64,000 nt of DNA from Treponema sp. (lineage in GTDB: Bacteria > Spirochaetota > Spirochaetia > Treponematales > Breznakiellaceae). Below the pieces are notes generated by a model. It did no database searches. It was not told where the DNA came from and saw only the letters and a list, made by a program, of their open reading frames with translations. Below, one piece after another: positions 27,532 through 38,000 of this stretch (positions within the stretch are counted from its first letter, which is position 1; every line of letters begins with the position of its first letter). Where the stretch lies: NCBI GenBank assembly GCA_031266175.1, contig JAISBN010000139.1:762-64761 (forward strand). The letters run 5' to 3'. The position numbers were made by a program, and so were the translations under genes.

Positions 27532-27710
27532 GGCTGGGTATAACTGAAATCATCGTTATCGTGATCGTCGCCTTTGTACTCTTCGGGGGAGCGGCAAAAC
27601 TTTCGGGCCTGGGAAAGGCCCTGGGAAAAAGCATCCGGGAGTTTCGGGACGAGCTAAAAGACGACAGGGCCGAAACCGGTAAAAAGGCCGACGACGATTC
27701 CGCGGGCTGA
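27528..27710 (+). CDS. tatA: Tat translocase TatA
   Basis: 60 aa. ITEIIVIVIVAFVLFGGAAKLSGLGKALGKSIREFR is a typical TatA/E. It overlaps the tatB stop by 4 nt. Confidence 0.85.
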   Translation: MRLGITEIIVIVIVAFVLFGGAAKLSGLGKALGKSIREFRDELKDDRAETGKKADDDSAG

Positions 27711-27789
27711 TCTGCCCAGGGGCAGCGTCTATTCCCACCTGAAGGCCCTGCGGCGCTGTCTTGTCGTAAGCCTCGCCGCGGCGGGGGCC

Positions 27790-28428
27790 GTGTTTCTGGT
27801 GATCTTTTTCGGCTTTTCCCGGCAGTTGATGGAATTCCTGGAAATTCCCCTAAAGGAACGGGGCATCGCGTTAATCTACATTACCCTCTATGAGCCAATC
27901 GCCGTCCAAATGAAGGCGTCCTTTATCGCGGCGGTGATTGCCGCGTCCCCGGTTATCATCGCCCAGCTGTGGTCCTTTCTTAAACCGGCCCTGTATCCCC
28001 GTGAAAGCCGAACCACGGTGATCCTCTTTCTGGTAACCCTGATACTGTTCCTTGGGGGGGCGGTTTTTGCCTACCTGATCGTGTTCCAGCTGGCGGTGAA
28101 TTTTTTCCTGGTCACCGCCGAGGGCATCGCTTCCCCCTTTATCTCTATAGAAAAATACGTGGGGTTTCTGTTCAGTTTTATTTTGCCCTTCGGGCTGATT
28201 TTTGAACTCCCCGTGGTCATGGGAATTCTTGCCGCCCTTGGCATTGCCGGTCCTGCCCTGTTTGTCAAAATCCGCCGTTATGCGATCCTGCTGATTTTTA
28301 TCGCCGCGGCAATCCTGACGCCCCCCGACGTGGTATCCCAGATTCTGCTTGCTCTGCCCCTGCTGGCGCTGTTCGAGGCGGGGATTGTCGTGTCCCGGAT
28401 CATGTACAAGAAGCGGAAAACTGACTAA
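27790..28428 (+). CDS. tatC: Tat translocase TatC (true start probably upstream, non-canonical)
   Basis: Polytopic TatC-like sequence. The frame is open back to 27658 and encodes ..SVYSHLKALRRCLVVSLAAAGA.., the conserved TatC N-terminus, upstream of the GTG at 27790. Confidence 0.85.
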   Translation: MFLVIFFGFSRQLMEFLEIPLKERGIALIYITLYEPIAVQMKASFIAAVIAASPVIIAQLWSFLKPALYPRESRTTVILFLVTLILFLGGAVFAYLIVFQLAVNFFLVTAEGIASPFISIEKYVGFLFSFILPFGLIFELPVVMGILAALGIAGPALFVKIRRYAILLIFIAAAILTPPDVVSQILLALPLLALFEAGIVVSRIMYKKRKTD

Positions 28429-28482
28429 ACCCCCGGTATACATGTTCTTTGTCTTTTTTACCGGCTCAACGCGCATGGCGCA

Positions 28483-28512
28483 TTGACCACCCGGGCCCTT
28501 TTTATGTATACT
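28483..28512 (+). promoter_or_regulatory. Sigma70-like promoter TTGACC-N18-TATACT upstream of rpmH
   Basis: -35 at 28483-28488, -10 at 28507-28512, about 145-nt leader before rpmH. Confidence 0.45.
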
Positions 28513-28658
28513 AATCCTGTTTCACACCCTATGGGGTTTGAACAGGCTTTCCGGGTATGATCCCAGTGGACCCGCCGGTATGCTCCGCCCGGTAAAGAAT
28601 GTGCGAAGCTTCCTTTTGGAATTTCCGGCGGTTTCCTAAAAATAGAGGAGTTGGTCTC

Positions 28659-28814
28659 ATGAAGCGGACGTATCAGCCCAGTAAAGTTAAGCGGAACCGC
28701 AAATTTGGCTTTCGGGCAAGGATGAAAACGAAGGGGGGGCGGCTGGTGTTAAAACACCGCCGGGCCAAGGGACGGTACAAGCTTACCGTTGCGGACGAGA
28801 AAAAGCCCTATTGA
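28659..28814 (+). CDS. rpmH: 50S ribosomal protein L34
   Basis: [48 protein letters not shown]. Confidence 0.92.
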   Translation: MKRTYQPSKVKRNRKFGFRARMKTKGGRLVLKHRRAKGRYKLTVADEKKPY

Positions 28815-29193
28815 TGAACCGGCCCTGAACCCCCCGGCAACGGGGCGTTTCAGGCGGCGGGAACATCTTAAAAAACGGACGGAAATAACCAGGGTTTTTA
28901 AAAAGGGAAAGGTTGTCAGCGGTCCCGGCGTCAGGCTGTTTTTCCTGAAGAACGCATTGTCTTATAACCGGCTGGTAATTACCTTTACACGGAAATTCGG
29001 GAATGCGGTACAGCGGAACCGGGCGCGGCGGCTGGGCCGGGAGGCTTACCGCTCACTACGGGAAAAGCTAAAAACCGGTTATGATGTGGTTGTACTGGTC
29101 TATCCCCGGAGCGATTCGGAAGCTGGTAAGCCGGGACTAACCGGGACGCGGGAACAGCTTAAAACCCTTTTTACCAGGGCCGGTATGCTATGA
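28789..29193 (+). CDS. rnpA: RNase P protein component
   Basis: Basic protein directly after and overlapping rpm[23 protein letters not shown] is RnpA-like. The exact start is uncertain (TTG). Confidence 0.85.
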   Translation: MRTRKSPIDEPALNPPATGRFRRREHLKKRTEITRVFKKGKVVSGPGVRLFFLKNALSYNRLVITFTRKFGNAVQRNRARRLGREAYRSLREKLKTGYDVVVLVYPRSDSEAGKPGLTGTREQLKTLFTRAGML

Positions 29194-29405
29194 TGCTAAA
29201 GAAAACTGTTTTAGGTTTAATCCGGGTGTACCAGAAAGTATTTTCGCCCTATCTCCGTCCAAGCTGCCGTTACTATCCCAGCTGTTCCGCCTATGCGTAC
29301 CAGGCGGTTCAGAAATACGGAGCGGTAAGGGGTTCTTTTTTAGCCATCAAACGGATTCTGCGCTGTCATCCCTTTCATAAGGGCGGCTATGATCCGGTAC
29401 TTTAA
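29190..29405 (+). CDS. yidD: Membrane protein insertion efficiency factor YidD
   Basis: [31 protein letters not shown]...[16 protein letters not shown]. Confidence 0.9.
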   Translation: MMLKKTVLGLIRVYQKVFSPYLRPSCRYYPSCSAYAYQAVQKYGAVRGSFLAIKRILRCHPFHKGGYDPVL

Positions 29406-29414
29406 GAGACAGGA

Positions 29415-31340
29415 TTGCCCATGGAAAAACACACAATATTAGCGATTGCTCTTAGCAGTCTGGTTATGGTTGGCTGGCTGCTGGTTCAGCCTAAGCTGTT
29501 CCCCCCGGAACAGGCCCAGGAAACCGAACAGGCTTCCGGTACTGCCCCGTCCGCCGCCGGAACTCCTGTTCCGGCGGTATCCGCGGTTCAACCCGCGGAC
29601 GGATCGGCGGCCGGAACGGCGGACGAAGCCGCGGCTGGAACCGGCGAATTGGCCGCGCCAGCGGTCCCGGCCGGGACGGATACGTCCGCCGCGGCGCCGG
29701 ACGCCTCGGCAAACGCTGCGGCGGAAGCCGGAGCGGTATCCGGGGATGGCGAAACCGCAGCCGGTTCCGCGGCTCCGGCCATTGCGGAGGAGCGGGTCAT
29801 TGTCGAAACGGAACTGGTCCGGGCGGTGCTGACCAACCAGGGGGGGGACATGATCTCCTACCGGCTCAAGAAGCACAGCGACAAGGGCGACATGGTAGAG
29901 ATGATTCTTTCCGCCGGGGACACGGAATCCCACGCCTTTACCCTGGCGTTTGGAGGGCTGGACGCCCGGCCGGTGGACTCGTTTTTCCGGGTTTCCCGGC
30001 CTTCCCCCCTCTCGGTGGAATTTGCCCGGGACTTTTCCGTCACCGGTTATCCGGGCACCATTACCCTGATCAAGCGCTACGATTTTGAAGCCGATGAATA
30101 CCTGTTCCGGCTGACCGTTTCGCTGGACAGCGCTTCCACGATTCCCCTGAACGTTAATAACGCCGCCTATACGCTGGCTTTCGGCCCCCAAATCGGACCG
30201 GGTTTCCAAAAGCTGGATCAGCGGTATGAATACCGTCACTACTACACCATGGTCAACGGGAAACGGAAAACGGAAAAAGTGGGGGAAGGAAATCCCTCAA
30301 TCATCGGTACCCGGGTAACCTGGGCGGCTATTGCCGGAAAATACTTTACCGTTATCGCGGTACCCGACAATACCCTGTATGAAGTGGCCTTTTCCGCCAA
30401 ACCCGAACCGGGGCTGGCCGCCGCGTCCCGGCTCTACATGGTCCGCCCGGCCCTGGACAGCGCCAGAACCAACGATGTGTTTCACTTTTATCTGGGTCCC
30501 AAAAACCAGGAAAACCTGGGGCGCTACGATACGGGGGACAACAAGTTTAAGCTTCGGGAATTGAATTTTACCAAAGCGGCCAGTACCAGCGGCATCCTAA
30601 GCCCTCTGGAATCGCTGCTGAAGCTGCTGTTACAGTTTTTTTATAACCTTGTCCCCAACTACGGGGTTGCGATTATCCTTTTGACCCTGCTGGTCAAGAT
30701 CATCCTGTTCCCGCTGACCAAGAAAAGTTCCGAGGCAAGCATTAAAATGCAGGCCTTGGCGCCGAAAATCAAGGAACTCCAGGAAAAATACCGGGAGAAT
30801 CCCGCCAAGCTTAACGCCGAAATGGGGGCCCTGTATAAACGGGAAGGCCACAATCCCATGTCGGGCTGTCTGCCCCTGTTAATCCAGATGCCCATACTGT
30901 TTGCAATGTACAATCTGTTTAACACCCATTTTGATTTACGGGGCGCCCTGTTTCTGCCGGGCTGGATCCCGGATCTATCCCTGCCTGAATCGGTGTACAA
31001 TTTTCAGACCCCCCTGCCGCTTCTGGGCTGGGAGAGCATCCGGCTGCTGCCGTTTATTTATGTCGGTTCCCAGATGCTGTACGGGCTGGCTACCAGAACC
31101 CCGGAACAGCAGGGCAATCCTTCCATGAAGATGATGATGTATGTCATGCCGGTTATGTTTTTCTTTATCCTCTACAACGTTCCTTCCGGTCTTCTGGTGT
31201 TCTGGATCATGTCCAATGTTTTTACCCTTATTCAGCAGGTAATATTGAACAAGTACCTGGCCGCCAAACGCCAGGCTGCTGTGGCGGATGAAGGGCCGCC
31301 GCCGGTTATTGCCCCCCCCAGGCGAAAAAAACGGCGCTAA
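29415..31340 (+). CDS. yidC: Membrane protein insertase YidC
   Basis: 641 aa. N-terminal TM helix, large periplasmic domain, and a C-terminal 5-TM core with GCLPLLIQMPILFAMY. Ala/Gly/Thr-rich insert near the N-terminus. Confidence 0.9.
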   Translation: MPMEKHTILAIALSSLVMVGWLLVQPKLFPPEQAQETEQASGTAPSAAGTPVPAVSAVQPADGSAAGTADEAAAGTGELAAPAVPAGTDTSAAAPDASANAAAEAGAVSGDGETAAGSAAPAIAEERVIVETELVRAVLTNQGGDMISYRLKKHSDKGDMVEMILSAGDTESHAFTLAFGGLDARPVDSFFRVSRPSPLSVEFARDFSVTGYPGTITLIKRYDFEADEYLFRLTVSLDSASTIPLNVNNAAYTLAFGPQIGPGFQKLDQRYEYRHYYTMVNGKRKTEKVGEGNPSIIGTRVTWAAIAGKYFTVIAVPDNTLYEVAFSAKPEPGLAAASRLYMVRPALDSARTNDVFHFYLGPKNQENLGRYDTGDNKFKLRELNFTKAASTSGILSPLESLLKLLLQFFYNLVPNYGVAIILLTLLVKIILFPLTKKSSEASIKMQALAPKIKELQEKYRENPAKLNAEMGALYKREGHNPMSGCLPLLIQMPILFAMYNLFNTHFDLRGALFLPGWIPDLSLPESVYNFQTPLPLLGWESIRLLPFIYVGSQMLYGLATRTPEQQGNPSMKMMMYVMPVMFFFILYNVPSGLLVFWIMSNVFTLIQQVILNKYLAAKRQAAVADEGPPPVIAPPRRKKRR

Positions 31341-31423
31341 TGTTAAAGAACGTGAACACGGCGTGTTCATGCGGTTGAATGTAAGCGGCGGCGTCAGCGC
31401 CGCGCTTTAAATAGGAGTGTCCT

Positions 31424-32149
31424 ATGGTATATGAATTTGAAGGCCGCACCGAAAAAGAGGCCATTGATCGGGCCGCGGCGGAGCTGGGAATTGAAAAAGA
31501 CGAATTCGACGTCGAAATTCTGGAAACCCAGCGTTCCGGTTTGTTTAAGAAGGGCTATGTTAAAATTCAGGTGCATACCGAAGCGGTCCCGGCCCCGACG
31601 GAACGTCCCGAAAGTCCGGCCCGGCGGCCGCCCCGTGAGACCCGGCGCAACGAGGTCCGGTCCGGCGGCTCCGCCGGCGGGGCGGAAGACTTTGAACGCG
31701 CGATGGTTTCCTTTGTGGAAGAGCTTATCGAGCGCATGGGTTATGACGGAACCGTTTCGGTTTTATACCGGGAAGAACGCAAGCTGGGATTGAAAATCGA
31801 ATCGGAGTATTCTTCAATATTGATCGGGAAAAAGGGGAAAAACCTTGACGCCCTCCAGCTTCTGGTTAATATTTATGCCGGAAGGCAGGGCCGGGATGAC
31901 ATGCGGATCATCCTGGACAGTGAAAACTACCGTATCCGGCGGGAAGAATCCCTGGTCCGCCTGGCCTATACCGTGGCCGACCGGGTACGGGAAAACCGGG
32001 GCTCCATTCTGCTGGAACCGATGAATCCCTTTGACCGCAGGCTTATTCATACCACCCTGAATGACATAAACGATGTTGAAACCAAAAGCGAGGGAGAGGG
32101 TTTATATAAGCAGGTCCGCGTGTATTACAGGGGATTACGGATCAACTAG
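31424..32149 (+). CDS. jag: Jag/KhpB RNA-binding protein (Jag_N, KH, R3H)
   Basis: Conserved position after yidC. GKKGKNLDALQLL (KH GxxG) and the R3H-like LEPMNPFDRRLIHTTL. Confidence 0.85.
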   Translation: MVYEFEGRTEKEAIDRAAAELGIEKDEFDVEILETQRSGLFKKGYVKIQVHTEAVPAPTERPESPARRPPRETRRNEVRSGGSAGGAEDFERAMVSFVEELIERMGYDGTVSVLYREERKLGLKIESEYSSILIGKKGKNLDALQLLVNIYAGRQGRDDMRIILDSENYRIRREESLVRLAYTVADRVRENRGSILLEPMNPFDRRLIHTTLNDINDVETKSEGEGLYKQVRVYYRGLRIN

Positions 32150-32169
32150 CCGGGCCTTTGGGAGGTTGT

Positions 32170-32970
32170 GTGAAGCGGTTTATCATAGCGGTTGCGATTC
32201 TGTACGGAGTACAGGCGCTTTGGGGGCAGTCTCCCCTGATCAATTTGGCCGGGCCGGAAAACGCGGCGCGTCTTGGGCAGGGGGAAAAGCTGATCCGCCT
32301 TCAGCAGAAAGCCCCTGTTCCGTTCCTGGTTCCCCGGGATCCCTACATTAAAGGCATGGTGGAACGGATACTCCGGGAGCTGGACCCCGGGTTTTTTGTG
32401 GAGACCCTCAGGATCTACCGTAAACCCGCCGTTAACCCCGCAAGTCCCCGGTGGACAGCGGGGGAAAGGACCGGCCTCTACAACCAGATCCTGGCCCTGA
32501 GCACCCTGGCGGGGCTGCAGTACTATTCGGCCAGCCGGGAAAAAATGCGGGTATTCTACGAAACCTCCGCAGTGGTAAGCGGCCCCGACGGCAAGACCAC
32601 CCGGCCGGATCCGGTGTACGCTAATCCCCCGGCGGAACTAACGATCTATGCCCGGCAGAAGGATCTGTCCTTCGGGGATAACATTTACCGCTACGACTAT
32701 TATGCCCGGCCCGATTCTCTTGTCTTTGTCCAGGAAAACATAACATCCATGAGTTACGGCATTATCCCCGCGGTGGGTAAAAACAAGCTCCGTTCCGTGG
32801 TGGTGGTCTGCGATGCCGGCGACTGCCTTCTTATTTATGCCGCGTCCATGGCAAAGGCCGCGTCGATACCCGGTCTGAGCGACAGGATCAGCGCATCCTT
32901 TACCAACAGGGCCGAAGCGGTCCTGGACTGGTTTAACCAGCAGGCGGACAAGGTTTTTACCCGGCCATGA
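32170..32970 (+). CDS. Hypothetical secreted protein
   Basis: Start placed at the GTG at 32170, 4 nt after GGAGG. Signal-like MKRFIIAVAILYGVQALWGQS. No family recognised. Confidence 0.5.
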   Translation: MKRFIIAVAILYGVQALWGQSPLINLAGPENAARLGQGEKLIRLQQKAPVPFLVPRDPYIKGMVERILRELDPGFFVETLRIYRKPAVNPASPRWTAGERTGLYNQILALSTLAGLQYYSASREKMRVFYETSAVVSGPDGKTTRPDPVYANPPAELTIYARQKDLSFGDNIYRYDYYARPDSLVFVQENITSMSYGIIPAVGKNKLRSVVVVCDAGDCLLIYAASMAKAASIPGLSDRISASFTNRAEAVLDWFNQQADKVFTRP

Positions 32971-32987
32971 ATTCCTCCGGCAGCGGA

Positions 32988-34661
32988 TTAGCCATCGCCT
33001 TGATACTCGATCTCGCCGAGACAGTTGTAACCCCTAGTTTCGCGCCAGATGCCCTTGTTGGCAAAGTGCACGGAATACTCCGGCAGGCCGCGCAGGTTCT
33101 CATAGTAGTCCGGAAGCCACAGCGCAACCGTGTACTTGCCCGCTTTCATATCCGCGGGAAGCGTTATCGAAGCATCTAAGCTGTTTTCGCCGCTCCGCCA
33201 TGTGCGGGCATCCACGTCTGTCAGCTCGATGTCGCAGCGGTTAACGCCGTTGTCGAAGACCACAAATACCGGACGGACCCTGACGATGCCCGCGTAGCCG
33301 TCGTTGTAAATTACTGCCCTGATGTTGAAAGTATCCCCGCTCCGTGCGGTGCTTGTAAACTCCGCGGTATCAAGGCGAAGCCTATAGCCGAGTTTGCGGT
33401 CAAGACGGGTGTAGGCTCTTTCGGCGGGATCGCTGCCGGATGCGCGGAGCCTGATACCTTTCCAGAACTTAAGATGCTTGATATGCCAGCTGCGGTTTAT
33501 CATAGTCAGCTTTCTTGCCGCGGCTTCACCAAGCGCCAGTTTCGCGCCCGCGTCAATCACCTTTGTATTGGCCAAGGGATCGTTCCTGCCAAAGTCGAGA
33601 TCGCCATCAGGGTACCAGGTCGTCTCGCCGCACTGCATAACATCGCCGCCGTATGATGTTTCGAGCTGAGCCGCAAACGCCGCCACATCTTTGACCTGGT
33701 CGTATTCTTTGTGATCATCCCAATATGGGTAGAATGTTTCCTTCCAGCCGCCGCCGCGGGTATAGCTTAACACAAACGACGCGAACGAGTCGTCGTGCAG
33801 ACCCAGACGGTCAAGCTGTGCCTGTGTCAGCGCGGCCGCGCCCTGCGGAGGGTTCTTTGCCAGCGCCTTTATCTCCATAAGGAATTCGGCGTAGCGAATA
33901 ACGACAGGTATGGTATCCGGCGTGCGGTCGAGCAATCGCTTGATAAGCCGGTAACGCAGCGCGCCCTGCGCCGGAGAGTCTATATCTGTCGTTGGCACGC
34001 CGTTTGCGTATTCGGGACGATCTTCGCGTTTATAGGATTTGTTATCTGCCATAACATACTCGTCGTCATTATGCCACTCTCCCCAGGGGCCGAGGATCCC
34101 GGCGGACAAAGCCTCCACAATGTCGGCATTTTCGGTAATAAGCCCTCCGATTTGCTCAATATGCCGCAAATAGTTCTGCTCGACCACCATCGGTGTCCAG
34201 GCGTCCGCATATACCATGCGGAGGATGATTTTCATCCCGGCTTCCCGTACAACCCGCAATGCTTTGGAGAGTTCAGCTACAAAGGACCGCGGCAGTTCGG
34301 GCGAGTTAATGTATTCAGTAAGGTATATGTTTCCATCCAGTACCGTGACTCCGTCCCTGCGCAACGCGCGCAGCAGCTCAAGGTAAGCGCCGCCAAAACG
34401 CCAGGAATCATATTCCGGATCGGCAAGCCACTCCGCGTAATCCTCATCGAAATCCCGAGGATGAAGATAGTCAAAGCCGGTGAAGTTCTCAAAATATCCC
34501 CTCCCCGGATTGGCTATGACGCTGGTGAAATCCGGCGTATAGGCGAATGTCCGCGTCGAGGCTGCCGGACCCTCGGCGGCCGTCACTGGCGGGAACAGCG
34601 CGGCAGCCGCAAACAAGAGCGCCGCGGCGAATCCATTAAATCTGTCCACTAAATTTCCCAT
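32988..34661 (-). CDS. Secreted glycoside-hydrolase-like protein (DUF4874/DUF4832-like TIM barrel plus beta-sandwich)
   Basis: Start moved to the ATG at 34661 (GGAGGA SD). Signal-like FAAALLFAAAALFPPVTAAEG. GILGPWGEWH motif as in GH42-like/DUF4832 proteins. Confidence 0.55.
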   Translation of the reverse strand: MGNLVDRFNGFAAALLFAAAALFPPVTAAEGPAASTRTFAYTPDFTSVIANPGRGYFENFTGFDYLHPRDFDEDYAEWLADPEYDSWRFGGAYLELLRALRRDGVTVLDGNIYLTEYINSPELPRSFVAELSKALRVVREAGMKIILRMVYADAWTPMVVEQNYLRHIEQIGGLITENADIVEALSAGILGPWGEWHNDDEYVMADNKSYKREDRPEYANGVPTTDIDSPAQGALRYRLIKRLLDRTPDTIPVVIRYAEFLMEIKALAKNPPQGAAALTQAQLDRLGLHDDSFASFVLSYTRGGGWKETFYPYWDDHKEYDQVKDVAAFAAQLETSYGGDVMQCGETTWYPDGDLDFGRNDPLANTKVIDAGAKLALGEAAARKLTMINRSWHIKHLKFWKGIRLRASGSDPAERAYTRLDRKLGYRLRLDTAEFTSTARSGDTFNIRAVIYNDGYAGIVRVRPVFVVFDNGVNRCDIELTDVDARTWRSGENSLDASITLPADMKAGKYTVALWLPDYYENLRGLPEYSVHFANKGIWRETRGYNCLGEIEYQGDG

Positions 34662-34739
34662 TCCTCCTTCAATTATTATCGTACATATGGCGTTACGCAA
34701 ACAAAAAAGAAAGATTAACCGGTTTTTTGGGGGAGGAAG

Positions 34740-34811
34740 ATGAAAATATTGCCATCCTGGAGGCTGGTATTCTACTACCCCGTTACTACCGTATTGGCCG
34801 TTACTTTTTAG
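34740..34811 (+). CDS. Candidate 23-codon sORF (MKILPSWRLVFYYPVTTVLAVTF)
   Basis: Own reading. GGAGG lies 3 nt before the ATG. Hydrophobic peptide. A strong + strand terminator follows about 30 nt downstream. Speculative. Confidence 0.25.
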   Translation: MKILPSWRLVFYYPVTTVLAVTF

Positions 34812-34842
34812 TCCATTCACTCCATTCACTCCATTCGCGTCA

Positions 34843-34878
34843 AAGCCGCGGGGAAACCTGCGGCTTTTTTCGTTTTTT
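34843..34878 (+). terminator. Strong intrinsic terminator with no annotated upstream gene
   Basis: AAGCCGCGGG-GAAA-CCTGCGGCTT stem (GNRA loop) followed by TTTTTTCGTTTTTT. Confidence 0.65.
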
Positions 34879-34921
34879 ATATGACATTTGTCATGTTTTG
34901 GAGGAATTTTTCCTTTTTTTG

Positions 34922-34949
34922 TTGACTTTTTTTCAGAGATCAGTATGCT
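34922..34949 (+). promoter_or_regulatory. Sigma70-like promoter TTGACT-N16-TATGCT upstream of the giant gene
   Basis: -35 at 34922-34927, -10 at 34944-34949. About 70-nt leader. AGAGG SD 6 nt before the ATG at 35025. Confidence 0.45.
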
Positions 34950-35024
34950 TTTTGTGAAGGCACCATCTGCGTGGGAAAGGAAGTCCGCGGGCGCGGACAG
35001 CATCAAGTGTAACAGAGGCCTCCC

Positions 35025-38000
35025 ATGGCTGCCAAATCTTTCTCCTTCTTCCTTTCGGGAATCATCCTGTGTTTATGTTCCGTAACCCTCTTTGCCCAGA
35101 CCAGGCCGGAACTCCGGGGTTTTGACGAACGGGTCTTCCAGTATCATTTTGACCGGGCCGACCGGGAACTGGATCCCGCCTCGTGGATCCGCGAAGCCCG
35201 GCTGGGGATCGGCCTGGCCCGGGCCGGCTGGGAAAGGACCGCCCTGGAAGTATACGCCGACCCTGAACTGCGGGCCGCGGCGCTGGAAGAAGTGGAACGC
35301 TGGTCGGAAGCGGAACTGGAACAGCGGTACGCCCGGTGGCTCTTTAAGCGCTTTTTCGGCGGAGCCTCCGGCGATACGGCAAAAACGCTGGACGCCGCCC
35401 TGGACGAGGCCAACCGCCGCTATGCCTACCATACCGATGACGAAGGCAATATCCTCTACGGCGAAACCGGCGATCCCGAAGCGGTACGTCCCTTTGAGGG
35501 ACGCAGCGTTGAAGAGGACCGGCAGCTGTGGCGCGGCCATGTTTCCGGAACGGAAGCGGCGGAACTGCAGCGCCACAGCCTTTCTTTCTCGTCGGCCTTC
35601 CCCGAATTATTGTCGTTTATCGGGGAAGAAAACCGGGAAAGTTTTGAAAAACAGTTCCGGGAATTTTCCGCCGCTTCGCTGTTACAAAAAAAGGCGGAAT
35701 TTGAAGCCCTGCTGGACCGGGAAGAGCGGCTCTTTATCGCCCGCCGGACCGGCGATGTCTGGAGCCTTCGCAAGCAGAGCGAAAACGAAAAAGCGTCGGT
35801 GATCAGCTCCCAGCTGATTGCCGGCGCCCAGGCCGTCTGCGCCGAGGGAATCTCCGCCCTGGAAGAACGGATAGAAACGGCCCGGGCGGGGACCGGGGAT
35901 CTTTCCTTGGCGGGAGCGGAATGGCTCAGCGCGTTTGAAGAACAGTTTGACCGGGGACTCAAGGCCTGGTCCGGGGCGGAGGAACGGTTTATCATCCGCC
36001 GGATGGAATGGGAACGGGACAGCGGCGAACATTTTCTTGAGGGGGAAGAAGCGTGGAAGACCGCTTTTTCGGAACTGGAAAGGGAACGGCTTGCCTGGGA
36101 AGAACAGGCCAGAGAACTTTTTAACAGCGGGGAACAGCTCTTTGCCGCGGTTTCCCAACAGCTGGAGTCCGCCATCGCCGAAGCCAGGGAAGAATTCCTC
36201 CGGGATGCCGCCCTCCGTACCTACAACGGCGCGGAAAGAGCGGGCGCGTGGGTAGACATGTATGTTACCGGGAATGCGGTTATGGCGGAAGCCCGGGACA
36301 GCGTTGAGTTTTGGCTTTCCCGCTTTGTCAGCGGTTCCCCCGCGGGCGGCATGGAAAACGGCACGCTCGCCGCGTGGGTACAGCAGATTGTCAACCGGGG
36401 CGGAATTACCACCTACCGGGAAGCAAAAGTAAAGATCCTTGGCCGGACAATGGAAAACCGGATAGAGCAGTTTATACCCCTGACCGAAATGCAGAAAATC
36501 GCGGGCCGGGAACTGCTCCGCTGGTCCGCCCTGTATACCCAGTACCGGAACAAATCCGGCGAAGCCCTGGCGGTTCTAGAACAGGAATTCGGCGTGGCCC
36601 TGGGCATGGACCGGGGAGCCCTGACAGCGGTCCTCGGTTCGGACAGCGAATCGTTTTTCCTGGATGAATACCAGGTTGAATTACTGCGGGCAAAGGCAAT
36701 TGCCGGGTACTGGGAACAGCGGCTGGATATTGCCCAGGCCGTTTCCTCCTATGCGGAAGAATTAACCGCGGGCCGCATGACCGAAGAAGAAAGCCTTCTG
36801 CAGTGGAGGGATTCCAAGTCGCGGTATGACACCGCGGTTACGGCCTATGAGGAAGCCCAGAACCGCCTGAAAGACGCCGGATCCGGTCTTGAGACGGTCC
36901 GGGCCGAACTGCAAGACGCCGCGGCGGAACTGGCCGCGGCGGAAAGATCCCTGGAGGAACTGAATAACCGCTACGCGGATCAAATGGCGGCCTACCAGGT
37001 TAATTCCGGTGATTTTATCCTTGAGGAATTAGGCGCTTATTATGCATCCCTGGTCCGGCTGACGGAAAACCGCCTTACCGATGATGCCTATTACACGTCG
37101 TACCTCCGGGCCGAACAGCAGTACGCGGATGCTTATATCCTGCGGGATGCCTGGGCGGCGCTCAAAAGTATTATCGAAACCGCAAGCGAAGCAGAAACCG
37201 AAGCAGAAGCGGAAACCGGTGATGAAGCTGAGACCGAATCCGATACCGGCGAGGAAACGATAAACGAAGCGGCAAGGGAAACCCGGCAGCTGCAGCTGGC
37301 TTTTTTAAGCGCCCCTTCGGCCGCGGACTGGTATTTTGCCGCGGCCGGCAGGGAAGGAACGGAAGCGGAAAAAAAGGCCCTGGAAGAAGAAGGGCTCCTT
37401 AACCGGCTCAAGCGCGAAGCCCTGGAAGAAGCCGTCCCGGGAAACGCCGGGCGGCTGCTGGCCGTTTACCGGGATTTGTCTCCCTATTCGCCCGCGGCCC
37501 AGCGGGAAGCGGCGGACTATGCCCGGCGCGCGCTGGGAATGATATTTGCGGAATTCGGCATCGAAAGCGCCGGGGAGGAATTACCGCCCATGGCGTTGAT
37601 AGGCGACGCCCTGTACCAGTACGAAACGGACAGCGATATGATTCCCGCGGCCGCGCTTGCATCCTTCCTCATACGGATCGATGAAGAAACGGAAGTTCTG
37701 CCCATACTGCTTGAAGCGGAACTTGGAGCGTGGAAAGAGTCGCTCATTGCCTATATGGCGGCAAAGACATTGTACCTGGGAATCGAAATTCCCGAACTGG
37801 CCGGCAACATACTGGATGAATATGAGCAGTTTATTGCCGACGCGCTTGACCGGATGAACGGCGGTGAGCTGTCGCAGGAACTGGCCCGGCAGGGGGCTTT
37901 TTATCAGTACCTGATTGATTTTCTTGTGTCCTGCGAGGATTTAAAAACCGCCGTACGCTCCGGGGGAGATGAAGGCAGGGAACACTGGCGGACCTATATC

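Noticed and set aside
28429-28658. oriC next to rpmH-rnpA-yidC-jag
   Set aside because: There is no dnaA or dnaN in the window. I found no cluster of TTATCCACA-like boxes and no AT-rich unwinding element in this spacer.
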